A DNA stretch of 64,000 nucleotides from Desulfatiglandales bacterium (GCA_963667015.2 CAXXJJ010000004.1:1216001-1280000), one strand, 5' to 3'. Shown: positions 50,294 through 60,297, counted from the first letter of the stretch. Numbers and translations: made by a program. The notes: generated from the sequence alone by a model not told the origin.

Positions 50294-50344
50294 AATAGAA
50301 AAACGCCTCTCCTTCCCATGTGGAAGGGAGGCGTTTTTCTATTT
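50294..50344. terminator. Bidirectional intrinsic terminator
   Basis: AATAGAAAAACGCCTC...GAGGCGTTTTTCTATT inverted repeat between convergent genes. Confidence 0.8.
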
Positions 50345-50350
50345 AAACTC

Positions 50351-50779
50351 TTATTTCCCCTTCAGATATGCCTCTTTCTGCAACCTTATCATCTCCTCCT
50401 TTTCCCCAATTACATAATTTCTCTTTATGAGCTTTGCCGGGAAAGACGGTGATGAGATATACTGAAGGCTGGTATCCAGAAACTGCTGTTTCATGTCTTC
50501 AAATATATTGTTTTTTTCATCCTGTGCAATAAAATTCCTGGTCTTGCTGTAACTGTATGATGTGCTGTTCCCGAGGATTGATGTTACTTTACTAATATCA
50601 AGATTATTCAATATCTCGTCCCTGAAGTAATCCTCTTTTATATCAACATCTATTGAGGCCTCAAAGGTTACCTGACACCTGTCTCCGGCTATATGTTTGA
50701 AACGGGAAAAAATGACCAGTTCCAGGTTATTTTCAAGCCCGTTTTTATATGATATCTCTTTGTATTCTTCCGAGTTCAT
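50351..50779 (-). CDS. Hypothetical protein
   Basis: 142-aa ORF from ATG 50779; IAGDR..V and RNFI motifs; no family recognised. Confidence 0.6.
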   Translation of the reverse strand: MNSEEYKEISYKNGLENNLELVIFSRFKHIAGDRCQVTFEASIDVDIKEDYFRDEILNNLDISKVTSILGNSTSYSYSKTRNFIAQDEKNNIFEDMKQQFLDTSLQYISSPSFPAKLIKRNYVIGEKEEMIRLQKEAYLKGK

Positions 50780-50923
50780 GTTGACTTCCTGTTTATTGAA
50801 ATTACTGGCAAATCCAAATAAATTATTAATTTCATATACTATAAAAAATATCTTTTTAGCCATTAGTATTTATGGTAGACAGCATAAAATAATAATATTT
50901 TCTTATCACTTGCGAGCCGAGAG

Positions 50924-52333
50924 ATGCAATATATACTTTTATTATCAAAAAACCCGGAAATCTACCGCCAGCTTGAACCCTGTTTCGGAGCAGATGTACA
51001 GATAAGCCGGGCTGAAAATGAAAATCAGGCGATATCGATGCTGCAGAGCAGACGTTTTGAATATGTATTTGTAGATATCAATATGTTCAGTCTCTCAGAA
51101 AATAATGGCGGGAATTACAGGAATTATATCAAGCCCTTTCTTGGGCTCTACCCGACCCTTGACGTAATAATAATAACACCGGTTGAAAAAATAAGAGAGG
51201 CCCTTATTGCTGTTAAAGAGGGAGCAAGAGACTATACGCTCTTTCCAGTGAAACCTGATGATGTCTGCTATGTATTGAAGAATGCAAAGGAGTCGCAGAT
51301 AGTCAGATCCGAACTGGATTATCTGCGGGATCGTTTTCGCGAGAGCGATATCCAGCTGACAATGAGGACTGCCAACAGCAAGATGAAGGCTGTCTATGAC
51401 AAACTGAAATCAGTAGCGACTACAAACAGCACTGTCCTTATTTCCGGAGAAACAGGTACAGGAAAGGGTGTTCTGGCAAGGCTGATACACCGTCACAGCA
51501 ACAGAAAGGATGCCCAGTTCATTAGTGTCCACTGCGGGGCTATTCCGGATACACTTCTTGAGAGTGAGCTTTTCGGACATGAAAAAGGTGCATTTACAAG
51601 CGCCGTTAAAAGAAAACTCGGAAAATTCGAGATTGCAGACAGGGGAACAATCTTTCTTGATGAAATAGGTACAATAACCCCTGCCGCACAGATAAAACTT
51701 TTACAGGTACTTCAGGATGGCATATTCCAGCGTGTCGGCGGCGAAGTTACCATTCACACGGATGTAAGAATAATTGCTGCAACCAATATGGATCTGAAAC
51801 AGATGTGTGAAGAGGGTCAGTTCAGGAAGGATCTCTATTACAGGCTTAATGTTTTTCCTATTGAAGTACCTCTTTTAATGGAACGATCCGAAGACATCCC
51901 CCACCTTGCCATGATGTTTCTTGACAGGATGAATAAACTCAATACAAAGGCGATAACAGGGATTTCTCCTGCTGTTATGGAAGCACTTGTTCATTACCCC
52001 TGGCCTGGCAATATCAGGGAGCTCGAAAACCTGATTGAAAGGGCCTATATACTTGAAACCGGCCCTGTTCTCCATCCTGATAGCTTTCCAGGGGAAATAT
52101 TTGAATACGGCTCTTCCGACCTGGAAGTAACCAGGGATAATGCCGGAAGCCTTGCCTATGTCAGGAAAAAGGGTATTGAAGAAATAGAAAAAAATTACCT
52201 CATGGACCTCTTAAATGAAACCATGGGCAGGATTAAACAGGCTGCAGAAATAGCCGGAATAACAACCAGGCAGCTTCACAAATTAATGACCAAATACAAC
52301 CTTCACAAGGAAGATTATAAAACACGCAGATGA
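50924..52333 (+). CDS. Sigma54-dependent response regulator (NtrC family)
   Basis: Receiver (VFVD, GARDY..PVKP), GETGTGKG, GAFTSA, FLDEIG, WPGNIREL, HTH. Confidence 0.9.
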   Translation: MQYILLLSKNPEIYRQLEPCFGADVQISRAENENQAISMLQSRRFEYVFVDINMFSLSENNGGNYRNYIKPFLGLYPTLDVIIITPVEKIREALIAVKEGARDYTLFPVKPDDVCYVLKNAKESQIVRSELDYLRDRFRESDIQLTMRTANSKMKAVYDKLKSVATTNSTVLISGETGTGKGVLARLIHRHSNRKDAQFISVHCGAIPDTLLESELFGHEKGAFTSAVKRKLGKFEIADRGTIFLDEIGTITPAAQIKLLQVLQDGIFQRVGGEVTIHTDVRIIAATNMDLKQMCEEGQFRKDLYYRLNVFPIEVPLLMERSEDIPHLAMMFLDRMNKLNTKAITGISPAVMEALVHYPWPGNIRELENLIERAYILETGPVLHPDSFPGEIFEYGSSDLEVTRDNAGSLAYVRKKGIEEIEKNYLMDLLNETMGRIKQAAEIAGITTRQLHKLMTKYNLHKEDYKTRR

Positions 52334-52532
52334 ACAGGAACATGTATTTCCTGTTCTACCTTGTTAAGAATCTTCACTTCCTTTAATTGCTCTGCATTAA
52401 TAAGCCGTTAATACTCGCCAGTAAACGACCAACAGACTGAAAATATCTGTTTTGAGATAAAAGTCGGAATTTGCAATTCTCATACCTGCTCCAATGATCT
52501 TTTTTACTGTTTAATTTCAACAAGTTACAATC

Positions 52533-52548
52533 AGGCATGCTCTTTGCT
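52533..52548 (+). promoter_or_regulatory. Putative sigma54 promoter
   Basis: AGGCAT-GCTCT-TTGCT; upstream GGAA-N7-TTCC-like half-site pairs near 52337-52490. Confidence 0.45.
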
Positions 52549-52640
52549 TAATATATCTTGATTTTAATAAGACAACCGCAGCCATTATTCAGCAAATGTG
52601 GCTGGAATTTAAGTGGATAATTATCAGGAGGAAAGAGATT

Positions 52641-53024
52641 ATGGGAAAAAAACTGGGATTCATATCAATAAACATATTAGCATTTTTTATTACGGCTGTT
52701 TTTGCAGGATCAGCCCTTGCAGCAGAGGCCAAAAAGACGGTTACGGGGATAGTGACAGAAAGCTATCAGATAATAACCGATGATGATGTAGTATACGATA
52801 TCGCTGAAAACGAAACCGGAGATGAACTGGTTGAAAATGCAGGCAATAAAGTAAGGGCAACAGGCAAAGTCGAATATGATGAGGACACGGATACCAGAAC
52901 AATCATTGTTGATTCATTCACAGTTATTGAGGAAGCCGAACTTGAAGCTCAACCGGAAGAAGAGCCTGAAATGGAATTCGAATCTGATCCTGATATGGAA
53001 TATGAGGCTGAACCTGAAGCCTGA
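52641..53024 (+). CDS. Secreted hypothetical protein (small beta domain + acidic tail)
   Basis: Signal peptide ending ALA; TVTGIV...GDELV...KVRATGKV...IIVDSF. Confidence 0.65.
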   Translation: MGKKLGFISINILAFFITAVFAGSALAAEAKKTVTGIVTESYQIITDDDVVYDIAENETGDELVENAGNKVRATGKVEYDEDTDTRTIIVDSFTVIEEAELEAQPEEEPEMEFESDPDMEYEAEPEA

Positions 53025-53153
53025 TAACAGTTAAGACTGATCAACAAATTAATCTTCCAGGGAAGATATTCAATATCTTCCCTTTTTTATTGGGATTACC
53101 ATTCACAATATACGTGGTTTTTATATAAAAATGGCAATGTAAAACCATTATAG

Positions 53154-53429
53154 ATGCAGGAAAATAATATGGAAGAGAACAGGAAAATAAAAACGATTAC
53201 AGGAATTGTATATTCAGCAAAAAAAGACCATAATGGACAGGTAATTTCGGTCCTTTTAGACTCACTGGATGAAGATCAGGAAATGTACAGAGTTTCTCCT
53301 GGAAAAAAGAGTGACAATTTACTGGAACTCATTAATAAGACAGTAGAAGTTTCCGGCAGCGTATCTGAAGATGCAAAAGGAGATCTTATTATCAACGTAA
53401 TTGACTTTAGACTGTTAGAAGAGACCTGA
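53154..53429 (+). CDS. Hypothetical protein, cytoplasmic homolog of the preceding gene
   Basis: TITGIV...SDNLLELINKTVEVSGSV...IINVIDF. Confidence 0.6.
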   Translation: MQENNMEENRKIKTITGIVYSAKKDHNGQVISVLLDSLDEDQEMYRVSPGKKSDNLLELINKTVEVSGSVSEDAKGDLIINVIDFRLLEET

Positions 53430-53454
53430 AGGGAATATTATATGGGGAGTTACG

Positions 53455-53881
53455 ATGATGTTAAAAAAAAGCCGGGGAAAGAACCTTTAATATACTGCTT
53501 ATATTGGCGGGGAGTATTATCTGTGCTGTTTCAGTTAACGGAATCCTTATCCCCAACAAATTCATGAGCGGAGGCTTTACCGGTTTAGCGCCTGTTATCC
53601 ACTATCTGTCCCCGCCATTTTCAGTAGGACTGCTGTATCTCATTTTAAACATTCCGGTTTTTGTCCTGGGATGGCTGTATGTGGGGAAAAGATTCTTCTT
53701 TTACAGTCATAGAAGGACATGGACAGGGCATGAAACAAACATCCTTTATACTGTTATAAGCCTTAGGGAACTACCGAGGCTAAAAAGGCTGTTAACCGAT
53801 ATTGATAAAAACGTATTTATGGTTGTACTTGATACAATGGAAGTCATGGGAAAAAGGATCGGCAATCAACCTCACTGGTAA
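53455..53881 (+). pseudogene. YitT-family membrane protein pseudogene
   Basis: YitT N-terminus (SGGFTGLA, LNIPVF.LGW..VGKRF) fused directly to the DUF2179-type C-terminus; ATG 53455 is out of frame by one A in the A8 run at 53463-53470. Confidence 0.7.
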
Positions 53882-54078
53882 TGGCAGCATGAAAATATTA
53901 AAGGTTATGTATCTATAAACACGGCACAGGCCAAGATCAATATCTTGGCATAAAAACTGCATAAATAGCCTTTGAAAAAAAATTAAATGGCATGCATTTT
54001 TTACTTGATTCATAATTAATTTTAAAATATCTGTTGCCATTCTTTTTTATAGATTCATTATCTCATACAGGAGGTTGC

Positions 54079-54750
54079 ATGGGACAAAATTTTAGTGGGG
54101 ACAGGACTTCAAAGCGTAAGAAAAAAAATATACCTCCTTTGCTTAATAACAAACCTGTCAAAAAAATACGTACAAAAGAGAGAAGCGATCAGTTCAGATC
54201 GAGGTTTCATTTGCACCTTCTTGAAAAGAAGAAAGAACTTGAAAAAACCATTGATTACCTGCGTAATGAAACCAATGATGATTACAGTAAAATTTCCTTC
54301 GACGGCATGACAGATGAACTTGACCGGACAGACAGGGAGATGGCGGCACAAAACTTTTATAAGTTTCTTGATCGCAAAAAAAATGAGCTGAACAGGATCG
54401 AGGCACTTATTGAAAGAATTAAACATGATCAGGATTTTGGCATCTGTGAGGAATGCGAGCGGCCTATCCCGGAAGCAAGGCTTATGATAGTGCCCGAAGC
54501 TGTTCTGTGTGTTGCATGTCAGGAAGAACTTGAAAGATTTGAGTCAAGGACCAATTTTTCCGCCTCAAACAATAAGACCCTGCAGTACAAAGACGATTAC
54601 GAGCCGGAAGAAGAATCTAACAACATGGATGATGCAGGTATTGTAACAAAAGCCGGTTCAGAGGCAATGTCCCTTATGGACATGGAAGAAATTGACATGG
54701 TTGATCTTCCTGAAGGGCCGGAAGATGACGGTGAAACAACAGAAGAATAG
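54079..54750 (+). CDS. TraR/DksA-family C4 zinc-finger protein with an acidic C-terminal extension
   Basis: DELDR coiled-coil tip, FGICEECERPIPEARL..VPEAVLCVACQ; sigma54-like TGGCAT-N5-CTGCA at 53946-53961. Confidence 0.85.
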   Translation: MGQNFSGDRTSKRKKKNIPPLLNNKPVKKIRTKERSDQFRSRFHLHLLEKKKELEKTIDYLRNETNDDYSKISFDGMTDELDRTDREMAAQNFYKFLDRKKNELNRIEALIERIKHDQDFGICEECERPIPEARLMIVPEAVLCVACQEELERFESRTNFSASNNKTLQYKDDYEPEEESNNMDDAGIVTKAGSEAMSLMDMEEIDMVDLPEGPEDDGETTEE

Positions 54751-55044
54751 TAATTTTCTTTACCGGGTATAAAAGATATTCAGTCCAGGAAACAACTTCC
54801 TGTCTTCCTTTTAACAAAAAAAAGGGCCGGCATCTTCGGCCCGCGCCTCATCTTATGGAAGTTCAATATAATATTTTAAACAAATCCATCATCGACAAGA
54901 ATATCTGATATAAAAAACAATATTATTTTGTGTAATTACATTAGCCTTTTTACCTGAGTAAAATTTGATTATTATCATGGGGTTTGCTATATATCGATCG
55001 ATTATCAGATCCGGTTTTTAAATCTTAACAGGAAGATACACAGG

Positions 55045-55848
55045 ATGATCAATACAAATCTAATTTTAACTCCAGTAAACAGCCTGGGGAAATGGACTAT
55101 TTTTATACTTCAGGAAATGGGCAGAACAGGAAGCTTCCTGCTTGAAGGTTTATTTAATATATTTACCCTGCCGGTTCAATTTTCAAAGATAATCCAGCAG
55201 ATATATTTTATTGGTCTTAAATCCGTCTTTGTCATTTGCCTGACAGGGGTATTTACAGGAATGGTGCTGGGGCTCCAGGGATACTACACCCTTTCAAAGT
55301 TCGGGGCCGAAGGGGTTCTTGGTTCTGCAGTAGCACTGTCCCTGATACGTGAACTTGGTCCTGTTCTTACGGCAATAATGGTGATAGGGCGCGCTGGATC
55401 AGCTATTGCAGCAGAAATAGGCATAATGAGAATTTCCGAACAGATTGACGCCCTTGAAACAATGGATATAAACCCTGTAAGATTTCTTGTAAGCCCGCGA
55501 ATCGCGGCTTCCATAATAAGTTTTCCCCTTCTGACCGCTATGTTTAATGTAATAGGCATCTGGGGCGGATACCTCTCCGGCTCACTGCTGCTGGGGCTTA
55601 ATAAAGGAATCTATTTTTCGAGAGTTGAATCAGGGATATCCCTTGAGGATGTAACCGGCTGCGGGATCAAGGCGATAGTTTTTTCTATTATTGTCGTAAC
55701 AATATGCTGCTACCAGGGATATTATGTGCATACAAGAAGCGATGGGCACGGGGCAAAGGGAGTTGGCTTTGCAACCACATCAGCAGTAGTAATATCATGT
55801 GTACTCGTACTTGTATCAGATTATGTCATGACCTCATTCCTTCTCTAA
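55045..55848 (+). CDS. mlaE: MlaE-family ABC permease
   Basis: RELGPVLTA, GRAGSAIAAEIG.MRISEQIDALE, GVG.ATT.AVV. Confidence 0.93.
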   Translation: MINTNLILTPVNSLGKWTIFILQEMGRTGSFLLEGLFNIFTLPVQFSKIIQQIYFIGLKSVFVICLTGVFTGMVLGLQGYYTLSKFGAEGVLGSAVALSLIRELGPVLTAIMVIGRAGSAIAAEIGIMRISEQIDALETMDINPVRFLVSPRIAASIISFPLLTAMFNVIGIWGGYLSGSLLLGLNKGIYFSRVESGISLEDVTGCGIKAIVFSIIVVTICCYQGYYVHTRSDGHGAKGVGFATTSAVVISCVLVLVSDYVMTSFLL

Positions 55849-55878
55849 TGAAGTGCCTCCGTAAATATATGGGGATAT

Positions 55879-57084
55879 ATGGATAATAATTATCTTATAG
55901 AATTAAAAAATGTATCAAAGAGATTTGGGCAGCAGGTAGTACTTGATAACGTAAACATTACTGTCAACAGGGGCGAGATAACTACAATAATCGGCATGAG
56001 CGGTGTGGGCAAGTCTGTCCTGCTCAAACATATTATCGGGCTGATAACCCCTGATTCCGGTGAAATCTTTTATGAGGGACGCAATATATCAAAACTCTCA
56101 CGCAGGGGAAAAAGTCAGGTAAAGAAAAAATTCAGCTATATGTTTCAGGGAACAGCCCTCTTTGATTCTATGACAGTATATGAAAATATCGCTCTTCCCC
56201 TTAAGGAAAAAGATCATCTGTCACATGATGCACTCCAGAGAGTTGTAATGGATAAAATGGACCAGTTGGATATTAGCTCCATGGCAAAAAAATATCCTTC
56301 AGAACTGTCCGGAGGCATGAAAAAAAGGGTAGCCCTGACAAGGGCGCTTGTTACTGACCCAGAAATAGTACTCTTTGATGAACCCACAACAGGTCTGGAC
56401 CCCATAAGGAGAAACGCAGTACACAGCATGATATCAGATTATCAGCAAAAACTCGGTTTTACCGGCATTCTAGTAAGCCATGAAATCCCCGAGGTATTAT
56501 ACATTTCACAAAAACTGATAATGCTCCATGAATCGAGGATAATATATCAGGGGCCGGTCGACGATCTTCAGGATAACCGGGATCCTGTTGTAAACCAGTT
56601 TATCAGCGGCCTGGAAGATCGTCATGACTCATTGACCGGACTGCTTCCCCAGCCAAGGGGTGAAGAAAGATTCAATGAAGAACTCGCCAGATTCCGGCGC
56701 CATGATACAGTTTTTTCGATTATTGTATTCAGGATCAAGGAACTCGATAAAATACATGAAAAAGCAGGACATGCCGTGTGCCAGGAACTGCTCAAGGAGT
56801 TTTCAACCGAACTCAGGGCAAATCTCAGGATTACGGATATCTGCTTCAGATATACTCTTAATAAAATGATAGCGCTGCTGCCAAATACAAACCTGGAACA
56901 GGCCAGGCAGGCATGTGACAAACTTTCCAGAATAATAGATAAAGGTCGGATGAAGAAAATATTGGCTGAATCATCAATGAACTGTTCCATTAATGCAGGT
57001 TTTGCAGAAGCAAGAAAAGACATGCAGTTTGAGCATCTGATAAAAGAAGCTGAGACCGGAATTGAAGATGTCTGTTTTTTTTGA
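55879..57084 (+). CDS. mlaF: MlaF-family ABC ATPase fused to a degenerate GGDEF domain
   Basis: GMSGVGKS, LSGGMKKR, FDEPTTGLDP; extra ~150 aa with GGDEF-fold motifs. Confidence 0.88.
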   Translation: MDNNYLIELKNVSKRFGQQVVLDNVNITVNRGEITTIIGMSGVGKSVLLKHIIGLITPDSGEIFYEGRNISKLSRRGKSQVKKKFSYMFQGTALFDSMTVYENIALPLKEKDHLSHDALQRVVMDKMDQLDISSMAKKYPSELSGGMKKRVALTRALVTDPEIVLFDEPTTGLDPIRRNAVHSMISDYQQKLGFTGILVSHEIPEVLYISQKLIMLHESRIIYQGPVDDLQDNRDPVVNQFISGLEDRHDSLTGLLPQPRGEERFNEELARFRRHDTVFSIIVFRIKELDKIHEKAGHAVCQELLKEFSTELRANLRITDICFRYTLNKMIALLPNTNLEQARQACDKLSRIIDKGRMKKILAESSMNCSINAGFAEARKDMQFEHLIKEAETGIEDVCFF

Positions 57085-57100
57085 GTAAAGCGGAGGAATA

Positions 57101-57550
57101 ATGAAGAAATCATCTATTGAAACATCTGTTGGAATTTTCATGTTTATCGGTATTTTATGTGTTGCTTATCTTACAATTCACCTTGGAAAAATGGACTTTA
57201 TTGGTGGTGACTATTATCAGCTGCGTGCGAGATTTCAGTCTGTATCCGGCCTTAAGGTTGGGGCAAATATTGAGATGGCAGGTGTCCAGATAGGAACCAT
57301 AGAAGCAATATCACTAAACCGGGAAAAAAAGATTGCTGAAGTAACAATGAATATACAGAATGACATCCAGTTTGAAGAAGATGCGATAGCATCCATTAAA
57401 ACGGCCGGACTCATTGGTGATAAATATATAATGATTTCACCCGGTGGGTCCGATATTATATTAAAGCCTGGAGAAGTTATTTTAGAGACCGAATCAGCAG
57501 TTGATCTTGAAGATCTTATCAGTAAATACCTGTTCGGTATTGCAGAATAA
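57101..57550 (+). CDS. mlaD: MlaD (MCE-domain) protein
   Basis: ETSVGIF, VSGLKVGA...AGV.IG, I.TAGLIGDKY, TESAVDLE.LI. Confidence 0.93.
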   Translation: MKKSSIETSVGIFMFIGILCVAYLTIHLGKMDFIGGDYYQLRARFQSVSGLKVGANIEMAGVQIGTIEAISLNREKKIAEVTMNIQNDIQFEEDAIASIKTAGLIGDKYIMISPGGSDIILKPGEVILETESAVDLEDLISKYLFGIAE

Positions 57551-57687
57551 CATAAGTAACTTATTTGAATTTAAATTTACGGAGACTTCGATGAAAAAAC
57601 TGTTTTCACCTTATTTAATTATCATAAAGAAAACCCGGTTGAGTTAATAGAAATATAAAGGAAAAAATCAGGTAATAAGTTACTGAC

Positions 57688-58494
57688 ATGATCCCTTCAT
57701 TAGATAGAATATTTTTCTTTGTGTTTATTATTCTTTATTTATCAGGTGTCAATTACAGCACAGCCGGAGAAACATACAGGTGGATAGATAAAGACGGGAG
57801 AGTTCATTTTTCTGACCGCGCGCCAGATGATCAGGCACTTAAACCTGATATCATCCACCTGAATGAAGATGCCGGGGAAGAAACCCATATCAAGACAATA
57901 CATAAGGACCTTGATAAAACCAGCCTTAACCCGATCGAACATACGGCGGAATCAACCTTTACCATAAAGGGATCAAACACTATTGGCACAGGATTTTTTA
58001 TATCACCCAACGGATATGCAATAACATGCAAACACGTGATTGAAGAGAGCGGCAGCCATACTGCAGTGCTGCATAACCAGCAGGAATATCCTATTGGTGT
58101 TATTTCTAAAAGCCGTGAACATGACCTTGCCCTGATACTTGTAACAACAGCTCAAAGGACTCCCTATCTCGAATTAAGAAACCCGAATTCAATGAAACCT
58201 GGAGAAAAGGTATATGCTGTTGGCAGTTCAGCAGGACTACAGTCAACAATAACAGATGGACTTTTTACGGGTTTGAGAAAACATATGCCCACAGAAATAA
58301 GGACCGTTCAGTTCTCGGCGCCTGTTAATCCCGGAAACAGCGGAGGTCCGCTAATAGACAAGGATGGGAAAGCGATCGGAGCAGTCAGCTGGAAACTAAT
58401 ATCCAACAATGGCATACCCGTAACAGGTATCGGATTTGCGGTTCCTGCTGATTATATACTTGATGAATACAGGGTCTATATAAAAAAAAGATAG
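57688..58494 (+). CDS. Secreted trypsin-like (S1C) serine protease with an N-terminal DUF4124 domain
   Basis: YRWIDKDGRVHFSD.AP; GTGFF, TCKHV, DLAL, PGNSGGP catalytic triad; no PDZ domain. Confidence 0.85.
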   Translation: MIPSLDRIFFFVFIILYLSGVNYSTAGETYRWIDKDGRVHFSDRAPDDQALKPDIIHLNEDAGEETHIKTIHKDLDKTSLNPIEHTAESTFTIKGSNTIGTGFFISPNGYAITCKHVIEESGSHTAVLHNQQEYPIGVISKSREHDLALILVTTAQRTPYLELRNPNSMKPGEKVYAVGSSAGLQSTITDGLFTGLRKHMPTEIRTVQFSAPVNPGNSGGPLIDKDGKAIGAVSWKLISNNGIPVTGIGFAVPADYILDEYRVYIKKR

Positions 58495-58521
58495 CAGGAT
58501 CAGCAGATAAATTATTCCGGG

Positions 58522-59352
58522 TTAAAAGACCCAGGCAATACCCATTGTGAAATTTATCAATATTGTTTTATTTTCAGGCCACTTTGCGGAACCTTCCGTA
58601 TATTCTATCCAGCCGCTTCCACCCCAGTATGTCTTTTCACCGGACAACTCATAATAGAGTGACAGAGATGGAGAACATTTGTATTCTGCAACAGCCCTTG
58701 CACCGATAGAGTAACCGTCTTTTTCCGAGCTTTTCCACCCCGACAGGGCGCTGTTTTCAGTACGGGCATATACCGGCAAAAAACATTCAAAGCTATATTG
58801 AAACTGCCATGGGGAGACGGTTTTCAGGATACCATTCAAACCTCCTGCTGCAAATAACGCCCTTGTTGTTTCAATTGCCTTACCGCTGACAGGTTCAGAA
58901 AGAAAAAACCGGTACCTTTCCTGTCTGGATTTTGACCATCTGAGTCCCACATAAGGGCTGAGCCATGGATAGATCCTGTAGCCAATATTTCCGTCTATCC
59001 TTGTCATGGAGTATTCAAGATCGTTTGTCTGGTAAACTCTTTCAGAACGAACCCATTCTTCATTTTCTTCTTCTGAAGAAACCGGGAAAACCCCTTTTAT
59101 GCCAACAAATACATGGCTTAAATTCAGGCCTCCTTCAAATTTTGTTACAATGTTATACAGGGATGAATTCGTGTGGCTGTCTGTTTCGGGTTCGTTTTCA
59201 GTATAGGATAGATATTCAAGACCGCTTCCAATAACAAGATAGGCAAGTTTTTCATCTTTATGCTCTTCAGCATTGACCGATATACCCGCAGCTAATAGAA
59301 ATAACATAATTAATGGATACCGGAGCATACACAGATTGATTCTTTTCATCAT
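58522..59352 (-). CDS. Putative outer-membrane beta-barrel protein
   Basis: Signal peptide, alternating aromatic/Gly beta-strands, C-terminal WVF. Confidence 0.6.
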   Translation of the reverse strand: MMKRINLCMLRYPLIMLFLLAAGISVNAEEHKDEKLAYLVIGSGLEYLSYTENEPETDSHTNSSLYNIVTKFEGGLNLSHVFVGIKGVFPVSSEEENEEWVRSERVYQTNDLEYSMTRIDGNIGYRIYPWLSPYVGLRWSKSRQERYRFFLSEPVSGKAIETTRALFAAGGLNGILKTVSPWQFQYSFECFLPVYARTENSALSGWKSSEKDGYSIGARAVAEYKCSPSLSLYYELSGEKTYWGGSGWIEYTEGSAKWPENKTILINFTMGIAWVF

Positions 59353-59509
59353 CTCTTCTCACATGAATTTCAGAGTTGTCACATTATTCAGGTCACATTC
59401 AGCGCTCTTTATTATAATATTCCGGAAAAAGATTCAACTATAGATGGTGTTCAGATAAGGAAAGGGTAAAGAGGATTTCCCCTTTATCCTTTCCTTTTTC
59501 AGACATGAT

Positions 59510-60268
59510 TTATTTAATATTTTTTTCAGAATTATCCTCAAGTCTTTTTCCTGTATACCAGTCAATCTGTCGGCAGATACCTCTGACAATACGAACCTCT
59601 CTTGCCCTCAAAGGCAGCCTTGAAAAGAATCTTCTCACATACATCATCCAGTGGTCAGGATTCTGGGGATTGAGAAAACCTATCTTTAAAAGCACGTCCT
59701 TCAGATGTTCATACATCCCTTCAAGCTCGAAATTATTGGCAAGGCGGGGTGGAGTTGATTCCGATTTATTCATCCCTGCCCTGAATATTTCGTAACAGAC
59801 AATAAGAACTGCCTGGGCGAGATTCAGGGATGAAAAGTCGGATGTGGGGATAGTTGTGATTGTATGGCAGTGTTGCAGGTGTTCATTTGAAAGGCCCCTG
59901 TCTTCAGGTCCGAACATTATGGCAATATCATTCTTTTGAGATATTTCAACTAGGCCTTCAGCAAGGGCCTGAGGTGATGTCATGGCTGGGCGCATATTAC
60001 CCAGTCGTGCAGTTGTCCCGGCTATATAGGTAAACCCTGCAATGGCCTCTTCCAGAGTTTCATATATTTTTATATTATCTATTATATCCATGGAATGTAT
60101 GGTGCCTGCCTTGAGCATCCGGTCCTTATCCGGGTTTTTAGGATTGACCAGAATAAGACGCCTTATTCCCATGTTATTTATTGCCCTTGCAGCAGCCCCG
60201 ATATTCTCAGGTATCTGTGTATCCACAAGGATAACCGCTATATTATCTTTTTTTAATGAGTGATCCAT
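59510..60268 (-). CDS. trmJ: TrmJ/LasT-family tRNA/rRNA methyltransferase
   Basis: ENIGAAARA..NMG, GTTAR, FGPEDRGL, SSLNLAQAV. Confidence 0.88.
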   Translation of the reverse strand: MDHSLKKDNIAVILVDTQIPENIGAAARAINNMGIRRLILVNPKNPDKDRMLKAGTIHSMDIIDNIKIYETLEEAIAGFTYIAGTTARLGNMRPAMTSPQALAEGLVEISQKNDIAIMFGPEDRGLSNEHLQHCHTITTIPTSDFSSLNLAQAVLIVCYEIFRAGMNKSESTPPRLANNFELEGMYEHLKDVLLKIGFLNPQNPDHWMMYVRRFFSRLPLRAREVRIVRGICRQIDWYTGKRLEDNSEKNIK

Positions 60269-60297
60269 AAAAGCTTTTAAGATTGAACCGCCCGCTC

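Noticed and set aside
57591..57647. RBS + MKKLFSPYLIIIKKTRLS* after mlaD as a remnant of mlaC/mlaA
   Set aside because: Only 18 codons; too short to assign
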